Positions 1-9,151 of a stretch of 60,779 nt of DNA are shown here, one piece after another. This DNA is from a virus: IMG/VR virus record IMGVR_UViG_3300045988_033451, one strand, 5' to 3'. Under the pieces are notes generated by a model. The model searched no databases. It was not told the DNA's origin and saw only the letters and a list, made by a program, of their open reading frames with translations. The number at the start of each line of letters is the position of its first letter. Position 1 is the first letter of the stretch. Position numbers and translations under genes: made by a program.

Positions 1-270
1 GCCGGAGCTTCCAATCTGTGCGTAATAGCCGGAGCTTCCAATCTGTGCGGAATCGCCGGAGCTTCCAATCTGTGCGTAATCGCCGGAGCTTCCAATCTGT
101 GCGTAATAGCCGGAGCTTCCAATCTGTGCGTAATAGCCGGAGCTTCCAATCTGTGCGTAATAGCCGGAGCTTCCAATCTGTGCGTAATAGCCGGAGCTTC
201 CAATCTGTGCGGAATCGCCGGAGCTTCCAATCTGTGCGTAATCGCCGGAGCTTCCAATCTGTGCGGAATT
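1..270 (-). repeat. 27-bp tandem repeat, 10 units (GCCGGAGCTTCCAATCTGTGCG + TAATA/GAATC/TAATC). Bases 1-265 duplicate 60515-60779.
   Basis: Unit-by-unit manual comparison. The spacer-variant order (TAATA, GAATC, TAATC, TAATAx4, GAATC, TAATC) is the same at both window ends. Confidence 0.9.
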
Positions 271-624
271 TTTTCCATTGTCGTAGTCCGTGCATTCTTC
301 GGCATTTTCAATTCTTGTTTTCTCGATTGTAAAGTCGACGCAAGCTTTAACAAATCCTTTAAGCCCTAACTTCGCTCCAATGTGTAATTTGTTCGTTGCA
401 CTCTTGTTTCCATCTTTCTTTACTTCTCCGACGGCTTCAACTTCGGCAAAATCGGAAATATCTCCATCCTCATTTACAAGCGGATAATAATCAAGAACAT
501 CATACGGATTTTCGCAGAAATGCATCATTCCATCTTCTTCGTATGTCGTGTTTTCCTTGTATTGTTTTCCGCTGCACGTCATATCTTTGTTAAATCCCTT
601 ATACCCTTTAATCGTTTCTCCCAT
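1..624 (-). CDS. N-terminal part of a repeat-containing phage protein whose gene crosses the window junction and continues 60514->60023. About 371 aa after removing the 265-bp overlap. The family resembles what I recall as DUF7666.
   Basis: ATG at 624-622. Translation is MGETIKGYKGFNKDMTCSGKQYKENTTYEEDGMMHFCENPYDVLDYYP..., running into IGSSGD(Y/S)AQ / IGSSGYYAQ nonapeptide repeats. The frame is continuous with the 60023..60229 ORF. Confidence 0.7.
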   Translation of the reverse strand, partial: MGETIKGYKGFNKDMTCSGKQYKENTTYEEDGMMHFCENPYDVLDYYPLVNEDGDISDFAEVEAVGEVKKDGNKSATNKLHIGAKLGLKGFVKACVDFTIEKTRIENAEECTDYDNGKNSAQIGSSGDYAQIGSSGDSAQIGSSGYYAQIGSSGYYAQIGSSGYYAQIGSSGYYAQIGSSGDYAQIGSSGDSAQIGSSGYYAQIGSSG

Positions 625-1393
625 TTTCAATCTCCCTTCCTAAAAATTTATTCACAAAATACAGCTGCCCTTTGCCAGTAATCTTAGTTGTGCGTGTAAT
701 TCTCACGCTTCCATCCGGGTTCTGCACGTTGCTTTCTTTCACTTCGAACAATCCTTGTTCGACATATCTCTGCATCGGCATGTTGCGTGATGAACCACTC
801 TTACACAGATATCCGTTGTTTCTCAACCATTCAAACAACCGCTTCTGCCCGATCTGATATCCATTCTGACAAATCAGCTTTGCCAAATCTCCGATAAGAA
901 TAGATGTCCGGCTTGTAGCCACCGCATCTGCAAATATCGATTTCGGTTTCATCTGTTCAATTCTTGCCTGTTTCTGCTCGATAATCTTGTCTCTTTCAGC
1001 GATCTTGTTATGTGCCACAAGCAACGCCTTTGAAAGCAATTCATCGTCAGATAGTGTTTCTTGCCCGGCTATATAACCTCCATTTTTACGAATTGAAGGA
1101 AGAACCTCTGATGTTACCCAATCTGTAAAACGTTCTGCGGATTCTTTCCTGCTTTGAAAGATTGTCTTGTAAAGGTTTGCTTCACTGATAAATGTCATTT
1201 TCTGCATTCCACCCTTTGTAGGGGTATCCGCAGTATGGATACCCTTTTCGGATAACCTCTGCTTAACATTTCCTACATTAGATATTTCTAATGCTTTGCA
1301 CACATCAGACAGGCAAAACATAGGTTCATTATTCGCTACTACTGTTCGAATTTCTCCAAATTCTTCGTTGTTAAAAATCTGTAATTCGTTCAT
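608..1393 (-). CDS. Phage antirepressor (BRO-N/KilAC-type)
   Basis: MNELQIFNNEEFGEIRTV... is a typical Bro-N start with an AGGAG RBS. The C-terminal half resembles the KilAC antirepressor domain. Confidence 0.8.
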   Translation of the reverse strand: MNELQIFNNEEFGEIRTVVANNEPMFCLSDVCKALEISNVGNVKQRLSEKGIHTADTPTKGGMQKMTFISEANLYKTIFQSRKESAERFTDWVTSEVLPSIRKNGGYIAGQETLSDDELLSKALLVAHNKIAERDKIIEQKQARIEQMKPKSIFADAVATSRTSILIGDLAKLICQNGYQIGQKRLFEWLRNNGYLCKSGSSRNMPMQRYVEQGLFEVKESNVQNPDGSVRITRTTKITGKGQLYFVNKFLGREIENGRND

Positions 1394-1446
1394 TTCTACT
1401 CCTTTCTGTGTTATACTCTCCTTATAAAACGAAGGGAGGTGTTGCC

Positions 1447-1611
1447 ATGGATATTGATTTAACAAAAGTTACAGAGGTAAGGCTTGTTCGAGTGGAAGAA
1501 ACCTGCAACAATTTGATAAAAGATGGTTGGAAACTAATAAATGTGTGCAGTTATTCGGACCCATTCGAAAAAGAATCCGGCACGGAATTTACCCTTGCTC
1601 GGTTTCAATAA
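1447..1611 (+). CDS. Small hypothetical protein (54 aa)
   Basis: GGGAGG RBS before MDIDLTKV. Its 3' end overlaps a minus-strand small ORF, so only one of the two may be real. Confidence 0.3.
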   Translation: MDIDLTKVTEVRLVRVEETCNNLIKDGWKLINVCSYSDPFEKESGTEFTLARFQ

Positions 1612-1735
1612 CCTTTGCCATAATGTAGATTGTTGGTGTGGTGGATGTGTTCATGTTGAGATATGTCCACCCATCATCAAGCAACTTGTTTGCTTCATCC
1701 ACGGTTACTTCTTTAATTGCTTCGATTTTTCTCAT
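1589..1735 (-). CDS. Small hypothetical protein (48 aa), translationally coupled to the Cro-like gene
   Basis: TAATG stop/start overlap with 1735..1965. Translation is MRKIEAIKEVTVDEANKLLDDGWTYLNM... The ORF is below the track's length cut-off. Confidence 0.35.
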   Translation of the reverse strand: MRKIEAIKEVTVDEANKLLDDGWTYLNMNTSTTPTIYIMAKVIETEQG

Positions 1736-1965
1736 TATTCCACCTCGCTTTCTAAATCTGAAAAATCTGTAACCGGCATAGACAAATAATTCGCAATTAA
1801 AATCATTGTGTCTAACTTTGGCTTGCTTTTATCATTTTTCCAATCTGATAAAAGCATTGGCGAAATATTAAGATCGGTTGCTACTCTGTAAGGGGTAATT
1901 CCTTTTTCAGATAATTTCTTTTCGAATTTGGAATATGATTGACCATATTTTCTGATTTTCGACAT
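1735..1965 (-). CDS. XRE-family HTH regulator (Cro-like, heads the leftward early operon)
   Basis: The HTH_3-like sequence LSEKGITPYRVATDLNISPMLLSDWKNDKSKPKLDTMILIANYL. It is divergent from a second XRE gene. Confidence 0.85.
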   Translation of the reverse strand: MSKIRKYGQSYSKFEKKLSEKGITPYRVATDLNISPMLLSDWKNDKSKPKLDTMILIANYLSMPVTDFSDLESEVE

Positions 1966-1976
1966 AAAACTTCTCC

Positions 1977-2137
1977 TTTCCTTAAAAATTCATTGCAATT
2001 ATTAAGGAAATCCGTTATAATGAAATCGTCGAATAACAATATAACAAAACAGCCTAGGTTTTAAGGATTTCCTTAATCTAGGTCTAGTATATTATGGTTT
2101 TCTTTAATTGTCAATAGAAAATTAAAGATTTCCTTAA
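1977..2137. promoter_or_regulatory. Immunity-switch operator region with four TTAAGGAAA/TTTCCTTAA sites
   Basis: TTTCCTTAA at 1977-1985, TTAAGGAAA at 2002-2010, the palindrome TTAAGGATTTCCTTAA at 2061-2076, and TTAAAGATTTCCTTAA at 2122-2137. Confidence 0.6.
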
Positions 2138-2158
2138 TATTTTGGAGGTGCGCGTAAA

Positions 2159-2467
2159 ATGTACGAAATATACCAAAAATTACTAGACATGAATGGAGTA
2201 AAAAGTGCAGATGTTGCAAGAGCTACAGGAATATCTAATATGACGTTTTCGGATTGGAAAAAAGGAAAGTCTACGCCTAAGATGGACAAAATTGAAAAAA
2301 TTGCAAAATATTTTGGCGTTACGACAGATTATATGATGGGAAAGAAGTCGGAAGTACCATCTTTGTCAATGGCGGACGAACATTTTGAACTAATCAAATT
2401 ATACTCTTCACTTTCAGAAGCAGATCAGAAAGCTATTATGCAAATAATGCGCAGCATGGCCAAATAA
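2159..2467 (+). CDS. XRE-family HTH regulator (CI-like repressor candidate)
   Basis: N-terminal HTH (VKSADVARATGISNMTFSDWKKGKSTPKMDKIEKIAKYFGV) plus a C-terminal extension. GGAGG RBS. Confidence 0.85.
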   Translation: MYEIYQKLLDMNGVKSADVARATGISNMTFSDWKKGKSTPKMDKIEKIAKYFGVTTDYMMGKKSEVPSLSMADEHFELIKLYSSLSEADQKAIMQIMRSMAK

Positions 2468-2483
2468 TAAAGGGGGATTTTAT

Positions 2484-2849
2484 ATGGATAATCAGCAATC
2501 TAATAACTATATGATATGCCCTAGGTGCAATCAGTATATTCCTTATGGATCTGCTTTCTGCAATTATTGCGGATTACAGTTTCAACCTCAAAGAAATGTT
2601 CAAATTGACACAAAACCAAAAAAGAAAACTGAAAGCCCATTGAGTGCATTATCTGGAATAATCAGTCTTGTTGGTTTTTTCACTTTTGGATTTTTGATTA
2701 TTGTAGGATTTATTATTTCTGTGATAGATTTGGCAATCGGACAATCTAAAAAATATGATAATCACATTCACGCTTGCTCTTGGTTTTCGGTTGTATTGTT
2801 TATAATTTTAATAATTTTAATGATTTTTGGCTTGTATAGAATAATATAA
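2484..2849 (+). CDS. Zinc-ribbon membrane protein in the repressor operon (superinfection-exclusion candidate)
   Basis: CPRCNQ...CNYCG zinc ribbon followed by two hydrophobic segments. Confidence 0.65.
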   Translation: MDNQQSNNYMICPRCNQYIPYGSAFCNYCGLQFQPQRNVQIDTKPKKKTESPLSALSGIISLVGFFTFGFLIIVGFIISVIDLAIGQSKKYDNHIHACSWFSVVLFIILIILMIFGLYRII

Positions 2850-2854
2850 AAATA

Positions 2855-2882
2855 AAGGCAGAGTTTTTGTTTTCTCTGCCTT
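2855..2882. terminator. Bidirectional hairpin terminator
   Basis: AAGGCAGAG / CTCTGCCTT stem with flanking A and T runs. Confidence 0.6.
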
Positions 2883-2888
2883 TTCTCT

Positions 2889-3110
2889 TTAGTTCCACTC
2901 TTTGATGGCTAACTCAATAAACCTAATCAAGTAGTCCATCAATTTCTCATTTGTAATGCGTGACATCATGTCACACAACTTCTGCCTCTTCTCTTCCACG
3001 TCGTAACCCCCTAACACATAATTTCGCAAATCCATATGCCTATTATAGAACATATGTTCTTTTGTGTCAATATTTAAGGGGAGAATGTGATAAATATAGG
3101 GCGATAGCAC
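2889..3110 (-). CDS. Hypothetical protein (start uncertain)
   Basis: ORF only. No convincing RBS at any of the three candidate ATGs. Confidence 0.3.
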   Translation of the reverse strand: MLSPYIYHILPLNIDTKEHMFYNRHMDLRNYVLGGYDVEEKRQKLCDMMSRITNEKLMDYLIRFIELAIKEWN

Positions 3111-3227
3111 TCAACTACCGCCCCGACCAGAATATTGAGGGGGATTCTGGTGTTCCTATTGAGAACATATTTATAATAGCACTATAACTTTGATATTTCT
3201 ATCGAAATCGTACGTCAAAGTTCGACA

Positions 3228-4154
3228 TTATTCCGGTTTGATTCTCACCGATTCAATTCTCTTCGAAAGTCCTACGGTTCCTTGCAAATTGCCGAATCCT
3301 TCCGCCCATCCGATTGTTTGAATATGACATTGTATCATTGCACCATGTATTTCGATAGCTTCAAGCCGTCTTGCTTCGCCTGTCGTTCCGATAATCGTGT
3401 CCTTTGTGATGATGCCATAATCTCTCCATCCAATGCCTTGAATATGCGCCTTAACTGAAATCTGTCTACCGGCTGGATCAATTTGGATTGCTTCAAGTCT
3501 CTTTGCTTGTCCTGTTACTCCGGCTTCTTCGCCCTCGTTCTTCCAATCTGACCATCCATATGTCTGTTGATGTACTCTATACTTCATAACTCCTTTTACC
3601 TCCTCAATATCATAACTAGGTCTGCCATATCCATAAATACTGTTTGAATTGATGTCGTAAGACTTCTTACATACGCCACCTCCATTCGCGATAACACCAC
3701 TTGCTCCGGACGTGTTTCCCTCGATTGTATAAACTTTGTATCTGTCAACTGCATAAACAAGTCCTGTGTGCTTCACGTTTGATGCACTTCCAAAGAATAT
3801 CTGATCGCCGACCTGTGGCGAAGTAAAGAATCTTCCGATCTGCTTAAAATAGTTAGCAGAATATCCGCATCCGGCTCCAAGCGACTTATCCGGTTGGTTC
3901 AACAACTTCTTAGCATTTTCAATTCCATACGCTTGAATAAAGCACCAATCAACGAACACGTCGCACCATGCATATCCGTTTTTCTTTCCGTTGTAGAAGT
4001 TTGGATATTTGGTGTCAATATCGTTCGCATATTTGGTGTAGTTGTTCGTTCCAGCATTTGCGGTCTTATCGTACAACTGCGCGTTCGTTTTCTTTTCGAG
4101 ATATCCAACTTCATTCATTGCTACCGCAATTACTTTGCTTGCATATAATTCCAT
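3228..4154 (-). CDS. Endolysin with an N-terminal CHAP-like amidase/peptidase domain and three ChW repeats
   Basis: The YAWCDVFV...HTGLVY region is CHAP-like. Three repeats of the (H)xQxxGW...G..G...RLEAI.I type follow. AGGAGG RBS. Confidence 0.85.
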   Translation of the reverse strand: MELYASKVIAVAMNEVGYLEKKTNAQLYDKTANAGTNNYTKYANDIDTKYPNFYNGKKNGYAWCDVFVDWCFIQAYGIENAKKLLNQPDKSLGAGCGYSANYFKQIGRFFTSPQVGDQIFFGSASNVKHTGLVYAVDRYKVYTIEGNTSGASGVIANGGGVCKKSYDINSNSIYGYGRPSYDIEEVKGVMKYRVHQQTYGWSDWKNEGEEAGVTGQAKRLEAIQIDPAGRQISVKAHIQGIGWRDYGIITKDTIIGTTGEARRLEAIEIHGAMIQCHIQTIGWAEGFGNLQGTVGLSKRIESVRIKPE

Positions 4155-4159
4155 ATGCG

Positions 4160-4211
4160 CACCTCCTAAAATAAAAACATCAAAACAAGACCTACATATT
4201 CCATTAGGTCT
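4160..4211 (-). terminator. Rho-independent terminator/attenuator between the tail-fibre region and the endolysin
   Basis: AGACCTA...TAGGTCT hairpin (4188-4211) followed on the minus strand by TGTTTTGATGTTTTTATTTT. Confidence 0.5.
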
Positions 4212-4308
4212 AAAAATTATATAAAGCCATTAGGCGATATATCGTTATGCTACTTTTCTATGTTCGATACAAGCACCTTGTAAAATCCTTCTAAAAAGTT
4301 TTTTAGGA

Positions 4309-4641
4309 ATGATTATACCACAGATGTCAAGACCCGGTCTAAATAAACTAAACTCGAATATCGGAAATATAAAACAATATAAAGATTATACAATATCAAC
4401 TGAATTAACAATTTCAAATGGTTTTTCAGTTCGGCAAATTGTTGGTTCAGGAGATTGGAGTTCACTTAAACAAACACCAGGAATAAATACAGTAACAAGC
4501 ATATGGGTAAGCGGTGGTTATGCGGATCAGTGGCAAATTACAGCATCATTATATGGTGACAATAGTTTGTGGATTCAATCATATTCTAAGTATAGCGGAA
4601 ATCTAAAAAACAATATCTTGATTCATCTTGTTTATTATTAA
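4309..4641 (+). other. Silent alternative tail-fibre C-terminal cassette, tail-to-tail with the expressed tail-fibre 3' end
   Basis: No usable RBS. GLNKLNSNIGNIKQY aligns with tail-fibre GALSTLNSNIDVVKHY. A shared 15-bp inverted repeat lies in the same codon phase in both copies. Confidence 0.55.
4347..4361. repeat. Inverted repeat, left copy (ACTAAACTCGAATAT)
   Basis: Exact reverse complement of 4981-4995. About 34/45 identity when the flanks are included. Confidence 0.8.
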
Positions 4642-7013
4642 TTGATATAATATGTACCAAATAGCTTAATAAATGATCCAGTTGTTATACTTCCGCTATA
4701 TGTTGGTGCTAAATATCCATTTCCAGATGGAGATATGTAACAAATTCCAATATTACCATCAGAACTTATCAATGTACCACAGTACGTACTATCTTTAGTC
4801 TTATTTTGAAGATTTGCTGGAATTTGTACTAATTTTGCCCAATCGTGAATTGTTGCAACAACTGTTGCGACAACTTGAAAATCAACTCGTTTATCTTGAC
4901 TATGTAAAATAAACGAGCAGTCTCTAACATCGGACAATAAATCTGTGTTAATAGAACCAACATAATGTTTTACAACATCTATATTCGAGTTTAGTGTACT
5001 TAGCGCACCTGTGACGGTACCATCTCCAAGCGAAGAAATATCCGTTGTTCCAATCTTCGATAAAAGCCATCTTACGTTTTTGAAGATAGTTGAAACTTTG
5101 CTAAAAATCGAAGCATGTGTCTCTCCACTTTTTAATAGTGCTGGCGCCGTAGAATCGCCTGTTTTTGAATCGTTTGATGTAAATTTTACTGTATTCTGGT
5201 AACTGTCGCTCCTAACATTCATAAGATTAACAGTCATTGCAGAACTTCCATCGTATTCTATAGCTTCTGTAATAATCTCATCTCTGAAATACAAATCATT
5301 GTATTCGTTAATAGGAGATGTAATTGTCAGTTTGTTCGATACTTTAGCTGATGTACTAGCACTTCCTGCACTTGTAGCATATTTGACACTTTTATTTGCA
5401 TCGGCGGTGTTATCAACATTCCCAAGTCCAACATTTGCTTTAGTTATATTGACATTCCCACGTCTAAAAGTTGTTTCATTTGCTCCCTTAACTCCTGTTA
5501 CCGGGCTTCCAGCTAAGACATCCCACTTTCCGGCTTCTGTCTTGTAAACATTGCTTCCTGCCGGTTCTGTGATTCCTGCACCCTCAACAAAATCATAAGT
5601 TGTCACGAACTCATCGGAAATATTATACATATCACCGGCACTTACAGAACTAACTGCCGGAAGATTTGCAAATGTGACAGTTCCCATCGGGCGCAATGCT
5701 CCGCTGAATGATTCAGAGATTGCTTTTGCCTGTTCGTAATACTTTTTTGCATTTGCTTCTGACGTGGCGGCGTTGGTTGCACTTGTGGATGCCGCTGATG
5801 CTTTGGATGTGGCTGTGGATGCTCCGCTTGCGGCGTTTGTTTCCGAAGTTTTTGCATTTTTTGCACTTGTAGCAGATGCGGTCTCGCTTGCTTTTGCGTT
5901 AGATGCACTTGTTGATGCCGCCGTTGCGGATGTACTCGCTGAATTAGCGAATGCTTTAGCCTCTGTGGCTCTATTAACAGCGTCAGATGCACTAGAATTA
6001 GCCGCAGATGCAGATGATTCCGCCGCCATTGCGTAAGATGATGCATCCTTTGCTTTTTGCGTGGCTGTTGTTGCAGATGCACTTGCTGATTCCGCACTTT
6101 CAGAAGCATTGCTTGCAGATTCGGATGCAGACGAAGCACTACCACTTGCAGATGTCGCACTTTTAGACGCTTCACTCGCTTTAGTTGATGCCGTAGATGC
6201 ACTTGTGGCGGCAGATGATGCACTCTTGCTTGCGTTGCTCTCCGACGTTGCAGATTTGGTTGCAGATGCACTTGCAGATGATGCACTTACCGATGCTTCA
6301 CTTGCCTTAGTGCTTGCCATGCTTGAAGAATCAGCAGATGCAATCGCACTATCACTCGCTTGTTCACTGTAATACTTCGAGTTGTCAGTATCTTCGCCAT
6401 CTCGAACACTTGCACCGCCGATAGCGTATGACTGTGACAGTTTTGCGTTATTGTATGCGGAATTGCTACTTGTCGTCGCCGAATTCGCCATGTTTGTTGC
6501 TTTAGCCACTTCGGTTTTGATTTCTGCTAAGTAGTCAGTCTTTAGGTGCCTATCTTCGATTGAACCATCTGCAATGTGTGCTTTAATATGACCGTTAGGA
6601 AGCGCATTAAAAATTATTGTATCCGAATCATCAAACTCGTATTGAGTAATAAGTGCAGACATATCAACATATTGTTTATTCCCGTCTGGCAATTCCAAAA
6701 CAAGTCTTTGATATGCATAGTCATACTCAAAGTTTACGGCAATTTTGTTTAAATTCGTATTGTACTGAGACACTTGACCGCCGTATCTTACAACTGTTAG
6801 AAATCCTGTATCAAGATTAATAGAAACGCTAGATACAAGAGATGGCAACACACTTGAATCTGCTTTTAGTGTGTCCAATTGTACAATCCTATCGTCCAAC
6901 GCGTCAATTCCTGATTCTATGTGGTTCATATCCGATGCGTTGAGCGGTGTGTCTGTTGATGGTCTGTTTTTCCAAAATAATCGCTCAAACGCTTTTTTCC
7001 AACCTTGTGACAT
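4638..7013 (-). CDS. Tail fibre protein (791 aa) with a long Ser/Ala-rich central region
   Basis: N-terminus is WKNRPSTDTPLNASDMNHIESGIDALDDRI, typical of Firmicute prophage fibres. It has about 240 aa of SAS/ATS low complexity and lies downstream of the Tal-like gene. Confidence 0.85.
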   Translation of the reverse strand: MSQGWKKAFERLFWKNRPSTDTPLNASDMNHIESGIDALDDRIVQLDTLKADSSVLPSLVSSVSINLDTGFLTVVRYGGQVSQYNTNLNKIAVNFEYDYAYQRLVLELPDGNKQYVDMSALITQYEFDDSDTIIFNALPNGHIKAHIADGSIEDRHLKTDYLAEIKTEVAKATNMANSATTSSNSAYNNAKLSQSYAIGGASVRDGEDTDNSKYYSEQASDSAIASADSSSMASTKASEASVSASSASASATKSATSESNASKSASSAATSASTASTKASEASKSATSASGSASSASESASNASESAESASASATTATQKAKDASSYAMAAESSASAANSSASDAVNRATEAKAFANSASTSATAASTSASNAKASETASATSAKNAKTSETNAASGASTATSKASAASTSATNAATSEANAKKYYEQAKAISESFSGALRPMGTVTFANLPAVSSVSAGDMYNISDEFVTTYDFVEGAGITEPAGSNVYKTEAGKWDVLAGSPVTGVKGANETTFRRGNVNITKANVGLGNVDNTADANKSVKYATSAGSASTSAKVSNKLTITSPINEYNDLYFRDEIITEAIEYDGSSAMTVNLMNVRSDSYQNTVKFTSNDSKTGDSTAPALLKSGETHASIFSKVSTIFKNVRWLLSKIGTTDISSLGDGTVTGALSTLNSNIDVVKHYVGSINTDLLSDVRDCSFILHSQDKRVDFQVVATVVATIHDWAKLVQIPANLQNKTKDSTYCGTLISSDGNIGICYISPSGNGYLAPTYSGSITTGSFIKLFGTYYIN
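4981..4995. repeat. Inverted repeat, right copy (ATATTCGAGTTTAGT), inside the tail-fibre gene
   Basis: Exact reverse complement of 4347-4361. Encodes LNSNI in the tail fibre. Confidence 0.8.
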
Positions 7014-7015
7014 TG

Positions 7016-9151
7016 CTATCTACCTCCAATCTGCTTCTCTAATTCTTTTATTCTCTCGTTCTGCGATTGCACCGTTGCTACAAGGTCAGCGATCAGTTCT
7101 TCATACCGAAGTGCCTTACCGCCATTTTCTCCTGTGTCAATATTTGCATCGCAGTACACTCCCCAATCACTATGCATGGAATCGTGAATCTCCTGTGCTA
7201 TAAATCCATGATGCAAGCGATCAGATGTGCCGTCTTTATACTTGTACTCAACTGGATTCAAGGCATAAATAAAGTCACTAGATTTTTTTGTATCTAGTGA
7301 CTGAATATTTGTCTTGACATCTTTATCGGAGCCAATAACCGGTGAAGATCCCAAATATGCTGTCCCACTTGTAAAAAATCCGGCAACTTCAACTTTGGCA
7401 TAATCTCCGGTGGCTGGGTATCCATCTTCATATACGCCCATCCCTGTCGGTGTGATTATCGTGTGTCTTAATGTCGCTCCGAGAATAGATATCAACTCTT
7501 GCATAATTAAATAACCGACATCATCCTCATATCCTTCTGCTGACAATCTCATTTCTGAATATTTTTGCCCGTTGTAATAAAACTCACTCTTGAACGTTTT
7601 TGCATTGATATCGCCTTCAATGTCTGCGCCCTTGCAAGTCATTTTTCCTTCTTTGGTGACGCTAAAATTGTCAGAAGTTATCGCAATGCTCTTACCTGTA
7701 AGATTGATTGTTCCACCGGACAAAAGATTGATAACATCGCTTGCAGATAGTTTTATATTATCTGCATCAACCTTAAATTCTGTTCCACTTCCTGTATCTC
7801 CAATAAGTGATACTTGAACAATTTTTCCTGTTGCAGAATCCACACGCAAAACAATTTGTTGTTCAGTTTGTTCAATTCTTGTAGACAACTCACTCTCTGC
7901 GTCTGTCGCACGTTTAACTTCCGATTCCAAACCTTTTTCTGTGACTTGTACGGATGTCTTAACTTTTTCGGTTGTTTTATTAAGGCGTTGAATCTGTGCG
8001 GTTACTCCATTCATATCGTTTTCAAGCATTTCCTTGCCTTTACAAATAAAGGAATCGCGAAGTGCCTTAACGCCTGTTAAATCCCTCTGAAAAACGTATG
8101 CTTCAAAGCCATAGCCGTTGACTTCTCCACTGATAAAATCGCCACACTCAACATGCGGTTGACCTTTTATTTTCGATGAATTGATCGGTCTGTAAGATAT
8201 AGACGAAATCTTACTCAGCAACGCATTTGCAAGTGCTGTAATCGTTTCGTGTGTCTGCCCCATGATTACGAAGTTATCTTGCACGTAATACGGATTTTGA
8301 TTGTACTCTGTGACGACTTGTGCGCCCTCTGAATCCACAATTATTACGCCATCAATATTAGACGTGAAGAAATCTTCAACCAACGGATGCTCGTACATAA
8401 GCGAAGTCGGAATATTGAACGAATTTTCGCTGTTTCCACTTCCTGCAGATGGGTATAAGTCATTCGCCGGGTATAAATCATCGGCTGGCAACAGCATAGA
8501 AGATTCAAGAGACAAATAATCAAACTTGCCATATCTATCCATCCGGCCAAACACACCGCTGATTTCGCATATCTGTTTCATCAGAGAAAGCCCGTTGATT
8601 CCGCTTGAAGAATCCAACTCTTTTGTAAGCACGATATTATCTGCAATCAGCGTTGTTTCATTCTGTTCCACACCGACATACTCACAAAGGCTATCTCTAA
8701 AATTCTTAACACTTATAGGTAATGTAAGGTTGTCATACCAATCCTTGACATCCACATCGAAATACCGCATCTTATCGTATGAAGTAAGTTTCTTATAGTC
8801 TTTTCCGGCATATTTCTCTATCGTTTCCACGTAGAACACACCCAACGGAATCTCCGTTTTGTTCGTGATAAGTACCGGCTCAATCTCATATCCCTTAATT
8901 CCGCTGTTTAGATTGAATACTGTCAATTCAAAGCTGGATGCATTGCAACCGCCAAATTTTAATTGTTCTTCTTCACAGATAGATTCATGCAACGTCATTT
9001 GTTCAGAAAGCACGTCTGAACCTTTGATTGTCGGAAACGCATTATCCTTGAATCTCACTTCTAATTCAATCGGTGTGCTATCTTCGATATACAGTTTTTT
9101 AATTGCTTTTGATATCTTAATCATACTGTTTTCACTCCATAAGAAATCCAT
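7016..9151 (-). CDS. Tail-associated (Tal-like) structural protein with a C-terminal S74 intramolecular-chaperone domain
   Basis: The C-terminus (...YALNPVEYKYKDGTSDRLHHGFIAQEI...RYEELIADLVATVQSQNERIKELE) matches the S74 autoproteolytic chaperone pattern. Confidence 0.8.
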   Translation of the reverse strand: MDFLWSENSMIKISKAIKKLYIEDSTPIELEVRFKDNAFPTIKGSDVLSEQMTLHESICEEEQLKFGGCNASSFELTVFNLNSGIKGYEIEPVLITNKTEIPLGVFYVETIEKYAGKDYKKLTSYDKMRYFDVDVKDWYDNLTLPISVKNFRDSLCEYVGVEQNETTLIADNIVLTKELDSSSGINGLSLMKQICEISGVFGRMDRYGKFDYLSLESSMLLPADDLYPANDLYPSAGSGNSENSFNIPTSLMYEHPLVEDFFTSNIDGVIIVDSEGAQVVTEYNQNPYYVQDNFVIMGQTHETITALANALLSKISSISYRPINSSKIKGQPHVECGDFISGEVNGYGFEAYVFQRDLTGVKALRDSFICKGKEMLENDMNGVTAQIQRLNKTTEKVKTSVQVTEKGLESEVKRATDAESELSTRIEQTEQQIVLRVDSATGKIVQVSLIGDTGSGTEFKVDADNIKLSASDVINLLSGGTINLTGKSIAITSDNFSVTKEGKMTCKGADIEGDINAKTFKSEFYYNGQKYSEMRLSAEGYEDDVGYLIMQELISILGATLRHTIITPTGMGVYEDGYPATGDYAKVEVAGFFTSGTAYLGSSPVIGSDKDVKTNIQSLDTKKSSDFIYALNPVEYKYKDGTSDRLHHGFIAQEIHDSMHSDWGVYCDANIDTGENGGKALRYEELIADLVATVQSQNERIKELEKQIGGR

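Noticed and set aside
18-332. Track ORF (104 aa, MRNSRSFQSVRN...) on the plus strand across the 27-bp repeat
   Set aside because: It is a wrong-strand reading of the tandem repeat. The minus-strand IGSSGDYAQ frame joins recognisable N- and C-terminal domains with a proper ATG and stop.
5642-6372. Several long ORFs overlapping the tail-fibre gene in other frames or on the plus strand (5642..6286, 5764..6036, 6061..6372)
   Set aside because: They lie entirely within the Ser/Ala-rich low-complexity segment, whose codon bias keeps other frames open. They have no RBS and implausible compositions (Ala/Asp/Leu or His/Gln/Arg runs).
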